A DNA stretch of 58,407 bases from an uncultured Chloroflexota bacterium (lineage in GTDB: Bacteria > Chloroflexota > Limnocylindria > Limnocylindrales > Limnocylindraceae). Both the position numbers and the translations under genes were made by a program. This document shows positions 1 to 8,308 of this stretch, piece by piece. Position 1 is the first letter of the stretch; the number at the start of each line of letters is the position of its first letter. The notes beneath the pieces are model-generated. The model worked only from the letters and a program-made list of their open reading frames with translations, ran no database searches and was not told where the DNA came from. The stretch spans positions 110,281-168,687 of the forward strand of contig CAIPEX010000009.1 in the NCBI GenBank assembly GCA_903864185.1, given 5' to 3'.

Positions 1-75
1 CGAAACCTTCGCCTCAGCCTTCGCGTCCACTGCCGCCTCGGCTGCAACCTTCTTCGTTTCGCTCTTCTCGGCCAT
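1..75 (-). CDS. 5' end of an unidentified protein-coding gene that runs off the left edge (N-terminus MAEKSETKKVAAEAAVDAKAEAKVS...)
   Basis: ATG at 75-73 on the minus strand, preceded by a GGAAGGGTAGG Shine-Dalgarno-like tract inside the tgt 3' end. The frame is open to position 1. Only 25 codons are visible, so no family can be assigned. Confidence 0.3.
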   Translation of the reverse strand, partial: MAEKSETKKVAAEAAVDAKAEAKVS

Positions 76-82
76 CTGTTAC

Positions 83-1405
83 CTACCCTTCCGTATCTTC
101 CGCCCCCTGAACGGTGCGCAAGACGACTCTGCCCTTCGCGGCGTACCGCGGACGCATCGCCCCTCGCGCGGGCACCTCGCCTGGCTCATCGCCAGCTCCG
201 AGGCGGGGGCTCCCCGGCCCCCCTGCCCTGGCGCGTAGCCGTGGCAGCTCGGCTGCGAGTGTACCCGAGCGGATGGCGCTGCGGATCGCCCCCATAAAGG
301 AGGTCAGGTGGCGCAGGTTATGGATCGTGAGGAGGCGGTAGGCAAGCAGCTCCTCCGCGCGGAAGAGGTGGGCGAGGTAGGCACGGCTGAAGCGGAGACA
401 GGTGCGGCAGTCGCACGCAGAATCTATCGGCAGGTCCTCGTCGAGGTGGCGTGCATTGCGAAGGTTCATCCTTCCGCCGGTCACCCAGGCCTGACCATTG
501 CGGGCAACACGCGCCGGGAGGACGGAGTCGAAGAGATCCACACCGCGCACAACCGCCTCCAGGATGTCGATCGGTGAGCCGAGCCCCATTAGGTAGCGGA
601 CGCGCGGGTCGCCGGTGAGGGCTCCCACCGTCGCCTCAATCGCGAGATTGCGCTGTTCGGGCGTCTCATCTCCCGCAAGGCCACCAAGGTTGATCCCGTC
701 GAACGGGAGCGCCCGGATGACATCTGCCGACTGTGCGCGGAGCTCCACGTCGATGCCGCCTTGTGCGATGCCGAAGAGTGCCTGATCTGGCCGAGTATGT
801 GCACGCAACGAGCGCACAGCCCAGCGATGCGTGCGCTCCATCGCTCGCTCTACCTCACGCCGACTGCTTGCATCAGGCATGACTGGCTGGTCGAAGGCAA
901 CGGCAACGTCGGCGCCCAGCGCCTGCTGGATCTCAATCGAGCGCTCGGGGGTGAAGAGATGCTCACTCCCGTCGAGATGGCTGTGGAAACGTGCCCCCTC
1001 CTCGCGAATCCGCATGAGCGGACCGAGCGAGACCACCTGGAAGCCACCGGAGTCGGTGAGGATGGGCCGATCCCAGCCCATGAAGCGATGCAGTCCACCG
1101 AAACGTTCGATGCGCTCGTGACCTGGGCGCAGGTAGAGGTGGTAGGTATTCGCGAGGACGATCTGTGCGCCAAGATCGCGGAGATCGTCGGGGTCGAGCG
1201 ACTTAACGGTGGCATTCGTGCCGACGGGCATGAACTCTGGCGTCTCGATCGTGCCGTGGGGCAGCTGCAGTGCCCCTGCGCGAGCCTCTGAGGAGGTGTC
1301 GCGGGCGACGACCGTGAATCGTGCAGGTGTGCCACTTCGCGGCGGCAACGTGGTGGGGTCAGCGAGTGTTGCGAGCCGCTGTGCGGGGTTCAGCGCGTGC
1401 CCCAT
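83..1405 (-). CDS. tgt: tRNA-guanine transglycosylase (queuine tRNA-ribosyltransferase)
   Basis: 440-aa ORF with [17 protein letters not shown] and the zinc site CDCRTC...H(LAHL). It has N- and C-terminal extensions relative to typical Tgt. The start at 1405 overlaps the ruvB stop by 16 nt; I saw no ATG or GTG between it and the conserved core, though one in-frame TTG lies in that stretch. Confidence 0.88.
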   Translation of the reverse strand: MGHALNPAQRLATLADPTTLPPRSGTPARFTVVARDTSSEARAGALQLPHGTIETPEFMPVGTNATVKSLDPDDLRDLGAQIVLANTYHLYLRPGHERIERFGGLHRFMGWDRPILTDSGGFQVVSLGPLMRIREEGARFHSHLDGSEHLFTPERSIEIQQALGADVAVAFDQPVMPDASSRREVERAMERTHRWAVRSLRAHTRPDQALFGIAQGGIDVELRAQSADVIRALPFDGINLGGLAGDETPEQRNLAIEATVGALTGDPRVRYLMGLGSPIDILEAVVRGVDLFDSVLPARVARNGQAWVTGGRMNLRNARHLDEDLPIDSACDCRTCLRFSRAYLAHLFRAEELLAYRLLTIHNLRHLTSFMGAIRSAIRSGTLAAELPRLRARAGGPGSPRLGAGDEPGEVPARGAMRPRYAAKGRVVLRTVQGAEDTEG

Positions 1406-2394
1406 AGGGTGGCGTTGGGACGGCCGATGTGCGCCCTCCCCCGCTCTGTCACGACACGCCCCTGCGGCGTGCGGTCGAGGAAGCCGATGCGCATGAGATA
1501 GGGCTCGAACACGTCTTCAAGCGTGTCGGTCGACTCGCCGAGGAGCGCCGCCATGGCGGCCACGCCGACCGGCCCGCCGTCAAATTTTTCGACCATGACC
1601 TGGAGCAGCTTCCGGTCGGTTGCATCAAGCCCCGCATCGTCAATCTGCATCCCCGCGAGCGCCGCCTGTGCCGACTCATACGAGATCGTCGTCTCGCCTG
1701 CGACCTGCACCTCATCACGCACGCGACGGAGGAGCCGGTTTGCAACACGCGGCGTGCCGCGACTACGCGCCGCGATCAGCGCGGCCGCCTCCTCGTTAAT
1801 CGGAACATTTAAGATGCCTGCCGACCGGCGCACGATCGCTGCAAGCTCGGCATCCTCGTAGTAGTCGAGTCGCTGCACCGCACCGAATCGATCGCGGAGC
1901 GGCGCCGAGAGCATGCCGACCCGTGTCGTTGCACCGATGAGCGTGAACGGCTGGACATCGAGCCGCAGGAGGGTCGCAGATGGACCCTTCCCGTACACGA
2001 TGTCGATGTGGCCGTCCTCCATCGCCGGATAGAGAACCTCTTCCACGGCGCGGCTCAAGCGATGGATCTCATCGATGAAGAGCACCTGGCGTGGCTGGAG
2101 ATTAGTCAGGATCGCGGCGAGATCGCCGCCATGATCGATCGCGGTTCCCGAGGTGAAGCGGATCGGCACATCAAGCTCCCGTGCCACGATCGATGCGAGT
2201 GTTGTTTTCCCAAGGCCTGGCGGACCGTGGAAGAGCAGGTGGTCTGCCGCCTCACCGCGCTGCCGCGCAGCCTGCAAGAGCGTCGTGAGCGAGCGCTTTG
2301 CCTCGGTCTGCCCGATGTACTCACCAAGCGAGGCGGGCCGCAGCGTGAGCTCGGCGGAGAGATCAGCAGGCGTTGGCTGCAGTGTGTCGCTCAT
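1390..2394 (-). CDS. ruvB: Holliday junction branch migration helicase RuvB
   Basis: Walker [18 protein letters not shown], arginine finger region, and a C-terminal winged-helix part typical of RuvB. Confidence 0.95.
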   Translation of the reverse strand: MSDTLQPTPADLSAELTLRPASLGEYIGQTEAKRSLTTLLQAARQRGEAADHLLFHGPPGLGKTTLASIVARELDVPIRFTSGTAIDHGGDLAAILTNLQPRQVLFIDEIHRLSRAVEEVLYPAMEDGHIDIVYGKGPSATLLRLDVQPFTLIGATTRVGMLSAPLRDRFGAVQRLDYYEDAELAAIVRRSAGILNVPINEEAAALIAARSRGTPRVANRLLRRVRDEVQVAGETTISYESAQAALAGMQIDDAGLDATDRKLLQVMVEKFDGGPVGVAAMAALLGESTDTLEDVFEPYLMRIGFLDRTPQGRVVTERGRAHIGRPNATLWGTR

Positions 2395-3002
2395 GCGCCA
2401 CGCTCCTTCAGTGCGGCACGCAACCGGTCGGTCAGTGGTGCGCTCGCAAGTTCTCGATCCGCGTTGACGCTTGCAACGAGTGCGCGCGCCTCGCGCGTGG
2501 GAAAGCCGAGGCTCCGCAGTGCCGCCTCGAGATCGCCGTCGCGCGATCGCCCTGCCTCGCCATCCCCTTCTGTGCGTGCATCCCGCGCCATGCGCTCGCG
2601 GAGCTCGACGATGATGCGTGCTGCGAGTCGGCGTCCAACCCCAGGGGCGGTTGCGAGATGCTCCTCGTTCCCATCGACCAGCGCGCGACGCAACCCTTGC
2701 GCACCATGCGTTGCGAGGAGGGCGAGTGCAACCTTTGGGCCAACGCCGCTCACGTCGAGCAGGGTTGCAAAGAGTCGCTCTTCGTCGCGCGTCTGAAAGC
2801 CAACGAGGAGCTCGGCATCTTCGCGTGTGATGTGGTGCAGGAAGAGTTCGAGATGTTCGTCCTCACGTGCTGATGCGAGAAGATCAGGCAAGACACGAAT
2901 GCGCATGCCGAGTCCGCCGGCCGCGCTCCCCGTTGCGGGAACGATCACGAGCGAATCTTCCTCCACCCATGCAACGCGCCCGCCGATCCACGCGTACATC
3001 AT
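2391..3002 (-). CDS. ruvA: Holliday junction DNA-binding subunit RuvA
   Basis: 203 aa with an OB-like N-terminus, helix-hairpin-helix segments ([25 protein letters not shown]) and a C-terminal RuvB-binding domain. 4-nt overlap with ruvB. Confidence 0.85.
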   Translation of the reverse strand: MMYAWIGGRVAWVEEDSLVIVPATGSAAGGLGMRIRVLPDLLASAREDEHLELFLHHITREDAELLVGFQTRDEERLFATLLDVSGVGPKVALALLATHGAQGLRRALVDGNEEHLATAPGVGRRLAARIIVELRERMARDARTEGDGEAGRSRDGDLEAALRSLGFPTREARALVASVNADRELASAPLTDRLRAALKERGA

Positions 3003-3589
3003 GCGCCTCGCCCGCGACCGAGTGCTCGACGCACTGCACGGTCAAAGCCACTCTCTTCTGCCATCCCGCGCGCGGATGAGCGATCAAACCGTGACGAACC
3101 CGCCGAAACGTGCAGGCGCGCAGCGCCGCAGCCCCAGAGTGCGAGTCCGAGTGCATCGGCCGCATCGTCGGGTGTCGGTGCGCGCTCCAGGCCCAAGATC
3201 TTTGTCACTGCACGCGTCACTGCTTGTTTATCTGCACGCCCGCTCCCCGCAATCGCGCGCTTCATCTCCGAAGGGGTTGCCTCGAGCACGGGAATCTTCG
3301 CATCAGCGGCAACAAGGAGCGCGATGCCACGTGCTGCACCAATCGCAATCGCCGACTGTGTGTTCCCCTGCACGTAGATGCGTTCAATTGCGATACGGTC
3401 TGGCCGATGGAGTTGGAGGAGGCGCACAAGCTCATCGCGCATGTGCATCAGGCGCTCGCCCAGTTGCGAAGCCGCAGCAGTACGAATTGCACCGTGCGCA
3501 ATATGCAGAGGTCGCTCTCCACTCGTTTCCACGACACCCCAGCCGAAGGTTGCCGTCCCAGGATCTAGTCCGAGGAGGCGGAGGCTCAT
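2999..3589 (-). CDS. ruvC: crossover junction endodeoxyribonuclease RuvC
   Basis: LGLDPGTATFGWGVV N-terminus with the catalytic Asp, an RNase H-like fold pattern, and its position in a ruvCAB cluster. Confidence 0.9.
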   Translation of the reverse strand: MSLRLLGLDPGTATFGWGVVETSGERPLHIAHGAIRTAAASQLGERLMHMRDELVRLLQLHRPDRIAIERIYVQGNTQSAIAIGAARGIALLVAADAKIPVLEATPSEMKRAIAGSGRADKQAVTRAVTKILGLERAPTPDDAADALGLALWGCGAARLHVSAGSSRFDRSSARGMAEESGFDRAVRRALGRGRGA

Positions 3590-4326
3590 CCTGCTAGCTC
3601 GGCGAACACCTCGGGCGGAACCTCAAAGTTCGCCGTCACCCGCTGCACGTCGTCAAGATCTTCCAGCGCATCAATCAACTTCAGGTTCTTTCGAGCGTCA
3701 TCGGCGGAGACGTCAACGGTAGACTTCGCCACGATGCCTGCCTCAGCGTTTTTTACGGCGACTCCGCGCTGCTCGAGACCCGCGCGGACACTCTCCATCT
3801 GCGCTGGGTCGGCGTAGACGTAGATGACGCCTTGGTCCTCATCTACATCCTCAGCGCCCGCCTCGATCGCTGCCTCACCGACGAGATCCATCGCACCGCT
3901 GCATTCGATAACCCCGCGCGCATGGAACTGCCACGCTACGGCGCCAGTGCTCGCGAGGGCCCCGCCCGCCTTCGTGAAGAGGCTGCGCACCTCGGATGCG
4001 GTCCGGTTCCGGTTGTCCGTCGCCGCCTCAATGAGCACGGCAACACCTCCAGGGCCGTAGCCCTCGTAGGTGATCTCTTCATATGCGTCGGTCTGGCCGA
4101 GACCGGAGGCGCGCTCAATCGCCCGCTTGATGTTGTCGTTTGGCATGTTGAGCCCTCGACCCTTGTCGATGGCGAGCCGAAGGCGTGGGTTGGCAGCAGG
4201 ATCACCCCCGCCGATCTTCGCGGCAATGGTGATCTCGCGCGAGACCTTCGTAAACTGGGCAGCGCGCTTGGCGTCGGTTGCCCCCTTGGCACGCTTGATC
4301 GTCGACCATTTCGAATGTCCAGACAT
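3586..4326 (-). CDS. yebC: YebC/PmpR family DNA-binding transcriptional regulator
   Basis: MSGHSKWSTIKRAKGATDAKRAAQFTK is the signature N-terminus of the YebC/TACO1 family. It lies directly upstream of ruvC, as in many bacteria. Confidence 0.93.
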   Translation of the reverse strand: MSGHSKWSTIKRAKGATDAKRAAQFTKVSREITIAAKIGGGDPAANPRLRLAIDKGRGLNMPNDNIKRAIERASGLGQTDAYEEITYEGYGPGGVAVLIEAATDNRNRTASEVRSLFTKAGGALASTGAVAWQFHARGVIECSGAMDLVGEAAIEAGAEDVDEDQGVIYVYADPAQMESVRAGLEQRGVAVKNAEAGIVAKSTVDVSADDARKNLKLIDALEDLDDVQRVTANFEVPPEVFAELAG

Positions 4327-4347
4327 GGCGGCAGTATACGCGCGGGC

Positions 4348-5655
4348 CTAGCGAGCCCGAAGGATCCGGTAGTCGCGCCGCCCCTTCCGGAGGAGGAGTG
4401 ATCCGTCGGCGAGGGGGGCAAAATGTGCAGCAGAGGTTGTGGGATCAGCCGCCCCCTCGCCATTCACGCTAATCCCTCCCTGCTCGATCAGGCGTCGTGC
4501 CTCACTCTTGGATGTTGCGAACCCAGCCGCAAGCACGAGGTCGATGAGCGTCGCGTCGGATGCCTGTGGAGCCAGCTCAGACGGGAGCTCTGCTGCGAGC
4601 ATGGAGAGCGCGGCGGCGTCAAGGCTCCGAGGTGATGCCGCCGCCCCACCCTCCGCCCCAAAGAGGACAGCGGCAACAGTGGCCGCCTGGCTCTCGACCT
4701 CTGCACCATGAACGAGGGCGGTAAGTGTCTTTGCGAGATGTCTTTGTGCAACTCGCAAAGACGGGTTAGTTGCATGCATTGTGAGGCGCTCGGTTGTCTG
4801 CTCCTCTGAGTCGAGCGTTAACTGGCGAAGCAGCTGCGGAACGGCGTGGTCGTCTTGATCGAGCCAGAACTGCCGGAAGGCGAATGGGCTCGTGCGGCTG
4901 GCATCAAGCCAGACGGCCCCCTCTGCGGTCTTACCGAACTTTTCGCCATTCTTTGCGAGCAGGAGGGGGTAGCAGAGTCCAAAGGCCAGCTGCGCCTCGC
5001 CCCCATCCCCGTCAACGCGGCGAATGAGCTCGGTACCGGCCGTGATGTTCCCCCACTGGTCGCTCCCGCCCATCTGTAGCTCTACCCCGTGGAGCCTGCG
5101 AAGCATGAGGAAGTCGTAGCTCTGCAGCAGCATGTAGCTGAACTCCGTGAACGAGAGCCCCGCGTCGAGGCGGCTCTTCACCGAGTCCTTGGCGAGCATG
5201 TAGCCGACCGTCAGGTGCTTGCCCGTATCGCGCAGGAAGTCGATGAGGCCAGCCTCGCCGAGCCAGGCGAGGTTATCGAGGAGGAGCGCCCCGTTTGCCC
5301 CTTCGAAATCGATGAGTTGCGCGAGCTGTCCACCAATTGCGGCACGGTTCCGCTCGAGCGTCGGTGCATCCAGGAGGTTGCGCTCGCTTGAGCGGCCTGA
5401 AGGGTCACCAATCATGCCCGTCCCCCCGCCAACGAGGGCGACGGGGCGGCCCCCATGGAGCTGGAGGCGCCGTAGGGCGAGCACCCCGAGGAGGTGCCCG
5501 ACGTGGAGCGAGTCGGAGCTAGGGTCGAAGCCGATATACCCAGCAACTGCCGAGTTACTGCTCAGGCGAGCGTCGAGGCCTGCCGACACCTCATGCACGA
5601 GGCCGCGCTGCTCAAAGTCCTTCAGAAGCGCGGAGGTGTACCTGTGGGTCGCCAT
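4348..5655 (-). CDS. tyrS: tyrosine--tRNA ligase
   Basis: HIGH-type motif HVGHLLG, KMSKS-type motif EKFGKTAEG, and a C-terminal S4-like domain (SKSEARRLIEQGGISVNG). Confidence 0.95.
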   Translation of the reverse strand: MATHRYTSALLKDFEQRGLVHEVSAGLDARLSSNSAVAGYIGFDPSSDSLHVGHLLGVLALRRLQLHGGRPVALVGGGTGMIGDPSGRSSERNLLDAPTLERNRAAIGGQLAQLIDFEGANGALLLDNLAWLGEAGLIDFLRDTGKHLTVGYMLAKDSVKSRLDAGLSFTEFSYMLLQSYDFLMLRRLHGVELQMGGSDQWGNITAGTELIRRVDGDGGEAQLAFGLCYPLLLAKNGEKFGKTAEGAVWLDASRTSPFAFRQFWLDQDDHAVPQLLRQLTLDSEEQTTERLTMHATNPSLRVAQRHLAKTLTALVHGAEVESQAATVAAVLFGAEGGAAASPRSLDAAALSMLAAELPSELAPQASDATLIDLVLAAGFATSKSEARRLIEQGGISVNGEGAADPTTSAAHFAPLADGSLLLRKGRRDYRILRAR

Positions 5656-5679
5656 GCACCCTATGCTACCTTCAGAAGC
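5656..5679. promoter_or_regulatory. 24-bp divergent tyrS / PBP control region with overlapping -10-like hexamers
   Basis: Plus strand TATGCT (5662-5667) lies 12 nt before the ATG at 5680. Minus strand TAGCAT (5668-5663) lies 7 nt before the tyrS ATG at 5655. tyrS has no Shine-Dalgarno. Prediction only. Confidence 0.3.
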
Positions 5680-8301
5680 ATGAATATGGCAGCGGCGAAC
5701 CGCCCACCAGCCCGAGGGGGCTCTCGGCGCCGCATCTCTGGGGGGCTCTTTGCCCTCCTCCCCGTCGCCCTCCTTGCCTCCTGCCTCCTTATCGCTGCGG
5801 TCCTGTTCGCGGGAACGGTGGTGCTCTTCGGTAACGTGGCGGGGAGCCTTGCCGACCCCGCCGACCTTTCCGACAACGTGGCGAGCCTCTCAGACAACGC
5901 CGAGGTCTATGACCGGACGGGCACGATTGTGCTGGCCTCATTCGGGTCAGACCGCCGGAGCCTGATCGACGATTTCGCACGTATCCCGAACGCGGTCATG
6001 GACGCGACGACGGCCGTTGAGGACAAGACTTTCTGGACGAACTCCGGCTTCGACCCCCTTGGGTTCGTCTCCGCTGCCTTTGATACGGTCACTGGCGGCC
6101 AGCGCGGCGGCTCAACGATTACACAGCAGCTGGTGCGGAATGCCCTCCTCGAGGCGGCCGACTTTGAAGGCTCTGTTTACGCACGCAAGGTAAAGGAGAT
6201 CATTCAGGCAATCCGCGTGACGAAAACGTTCCCTGGCGATGCGGGCAAGGAGACGATCATGCGCGCCTACTTGAACACGAACTACTACGGCTCGCGCGCC
6301 TATGGGATCTTGGCCGCATCGCAAGAGTATTTCGGCATCAGTGACCTCTCGCAGCTCACACTCGGCCAGGTAACGCTCCTCGCAGGGATTCCCCAGTCGC
6401 CATCAGCGTTTGACCTTCGTTCATCTGCGGTTGTTGATGAGGCGGGTGTTATTACCGTTCCACTTGACAGCCCTGTCGCCCAACGACGTCTTGATGTACT
6501 CAGTGCGATGGAGAACGCGCGCAACGCTGGTCTACTCCGTGACAGCACGGTCAGCGACGAGGCCTTTGCTGCGGCAGCGGTAGAGCCGATTCAACTTATT
6601 GATCCACCGCTCAAGCAGATGGATGCACCGCACTACGTTGACATCATCCATGACGCGGCAAGCTTGCTGCTCTGCCCAGTTGACCAGCCAAGCTATTGCC
6701 CAAATGGCATTGACGTTGAGCTGGCGACCCGTGGCTACAAAATCGTCACCGCCCTCGATTGGGATATGCAACAGGCGGCTCAGAAATGGGCTGCGGCGAT
6801 CCTCTCAACGCAGATCGGTAATCGCCCGAATAGTCCCGCGCGACTCGCCTACCTTGCATCAATCGGCGTGAAGGACTCCACCTGGCTACGCAACATGCAT
6901 AAGTCGCAGACAGAAGACGGCGCAAGCGACCACAATGCAGCGATCGTAACGATGGATGCGCGAACTGGCGACATGCTCGCCTACGCTGGATCATCGGACT
7001 ACTACGCGAGTGAGAACCCTCTGCTGGCACCGATCGTGAGCACCGCGTTCCAACCACAGTACGACGTATTAAGTGGTTATCGACAGCCAGGTTCTGCAAT
7101 CAAGCCGGTCGTGTATGGCTACGCACTTGAGATGAAGGCAATCACGCCAGCAACAATGTTCATGGACGTGCCGGTCGATTTCGGGCAGGGGTGGACGCCT
7201 CAGGAGTGGGATGGACGAGAGCGCGGCCCCGTGCGCATGCGACAGGCGCTGCAAGGCTCGCTCAATATCCCTGCAATTAAGACTGCCATTCGAGCCGGTG
7301 CAGATAACATCTGGCGCCGCATGCGCGATGGCGCATTTCGATTCCGCGAGTCAACAAATATTGCAGGATCATCACTCGCAATCGGTACCCTAGAGATTCG
7401 TTACGTCGATCTCCTCTCGGCATACGGTGCACTTGCAAACGAGGGGAAGATGCTTCCGCGTCGCTACATTCTCCGCATTGAGAAGCGCGACGGGACAATC
7501 GTGTATCAAGCTCCAGACCCAAGTGGCAGTGCAACGAAGATCTTTGAAGCAGACACTGCCGCCCTCGTCACCGACATCCTCTCTGGTAATACCGACCCAC
7601 AGGAGAACGCTATCTGGGCCGCAGCACGCCTCAAGATGCCTGGCGGAGCTCGCCGTCCAGCAGCGCTCAAGACCGGTACGAGCAGCGACATCAAAGACCA
7701 GACTGCCTTTGGCTACTTGGCGCCGCCGAGCGACCCGAATGGTCAGCAGCTCGTGACGGGCGTCTGGGCTGGTAACTCGGATTCAACGCCTACTGCCGGC
7801 CTCTCGCTCGCCACTGCTGGCTCGCTCTGGCAATCAGCCTTCAATGAGATCGCACGGAACGTTCCGAAGGCAGACTTTGTGGCGCCGAACCTACCGCAGG
7901 TCACCATTGACACATTTACTGGTGAGCTCCCTGGCCCATGCACAACGCGAACTATGTCGGAGTACTTCCTCCCTGGCACCCAGCCGACAACCTCCTGCAG
8001 TACGTATGTCACGCTGCAGATTGATACTGCAACGGGGCTTGTTTGGAATCCTAGCTGCGTAGGACCAATGGAAACGCAAACCTTTATGGACGTGAGCCGT
8101 CTTGAAACCGACTATCCGAAGTGGCAGGCGGCAAATATCGAATGGGCTGAGCGTGCGCGGCTCGGTGAGGGCCAGGTCGGTGGCGCGACGGGGGGGATTA
8201 CGTCCTATTTCTACAGTCAGTACTGGAAGCCGTACGGGAACACCTGGGGCGGGGCGATTGCTCCAACAGCCTCATGCCTTACCGCTCCCCCGCTCCCATA
8301 A
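5680..8301 (+). CDS. class A penicillin-binding protein (bifunctional glycosyltransferase/transpeptidase)
   Basis: N-terminal TM segment. GT51 motifs EDKTFWTNSGFD, GGSTITQQL, KETIMRAYLNTNYYG and RRLDVL. Transpeptidase motifs SAIK (SxxK), SLN (SxN) and KTGT. Cys-containing C-terminal extension. The start is taken at the ATG at 5680 because the longer ORF from 5494 would overlap tyrS. Confidence 0.9.
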   Translation: MNMAAANRPPARGGSRRRISGGLFALLPVALLASCLLIAAVLFAGTVVLFGNVAGSLADPADLSDNVASLSDNAEVYDRTGTIVLASFGSDRRSLIDDFARIPNAVMDATTAVEDKTFWTNSGFDPLGFVSAAFDTVTGGQRGGSTITQQLVRNALLEAADFEGSVYARKVKEIIQAIRVTKTFPGDAGKETIMRAYLNTNYYGSRAYGILAASQEYFGISDLSQLTLGQVTLLAGIPQSPSAFDLRSSAVVDEAGVITVPLDSPVAQRRLDVLSAMENARNAGLLRDSTVSDEAFAAAAVEPIQLIDPPLKQMDAPHYVDIIHDAASLLLCPVDQPSYCPNGIDVELATRGYKIVTALDWDMQQAAQKWAAAILSTQIGNRPNSPARLAYLASIGVKDSTWLRNMHKSQTEDGASDHNAAIVTMDARTGDMLAYAGSSDYYASENPLLAPIVSTAFQPQYDVLSGYRQPGSAIKPVVYGYALEMKAITPATMFMDVPVDFGQGWTPQEWDGRERGPVRMRQALQGSLNIPAIKTAIRAGADNIWRRMRDGAFRFRESTNIAGSSLAIGTLEIRYVDLLSAYGALANEGKMLPRRYILRIEKRDGTIVYQAPDPSGSATKIFEADTAALVTDILSGNTDPQENAIWAAARLKMPGGARRPAALKTGTSSDIKDQTAFGYLAPPSDPNGQQLVTGVWAGNSDSTPTAGLSLATAGSLWQSAFNEIARNVPKADFVAPNLPQVTIDTFTGELPGPCTTRTMSEYFLPGTQPTTSCSTYVTLQIDTATGLVWNPSCVGPMETQTFMDVSRLETDYPKWQAANIEWAERARLGEGQVGGATGGITSYFYSQYWKPYGNTWGGAIAPTASCLTAPPLP

Positions 8302-8308
8302 GGATCGG

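Noticed and set aside
4327-5679. T-box or other riboswitch leaders upstream of the six aminoacyl-tRNA synthetase genes, and a Moco riboswitch upstream of moeA/moaC.
   Set aside because: The available upstream spacers are only 0-30 nt for tyrS, pheS, alaS, hisS, aspS and moeA, or are occupied by a tRNA for thrS. That is far too short for these structured leaders of about 100-300 nt.
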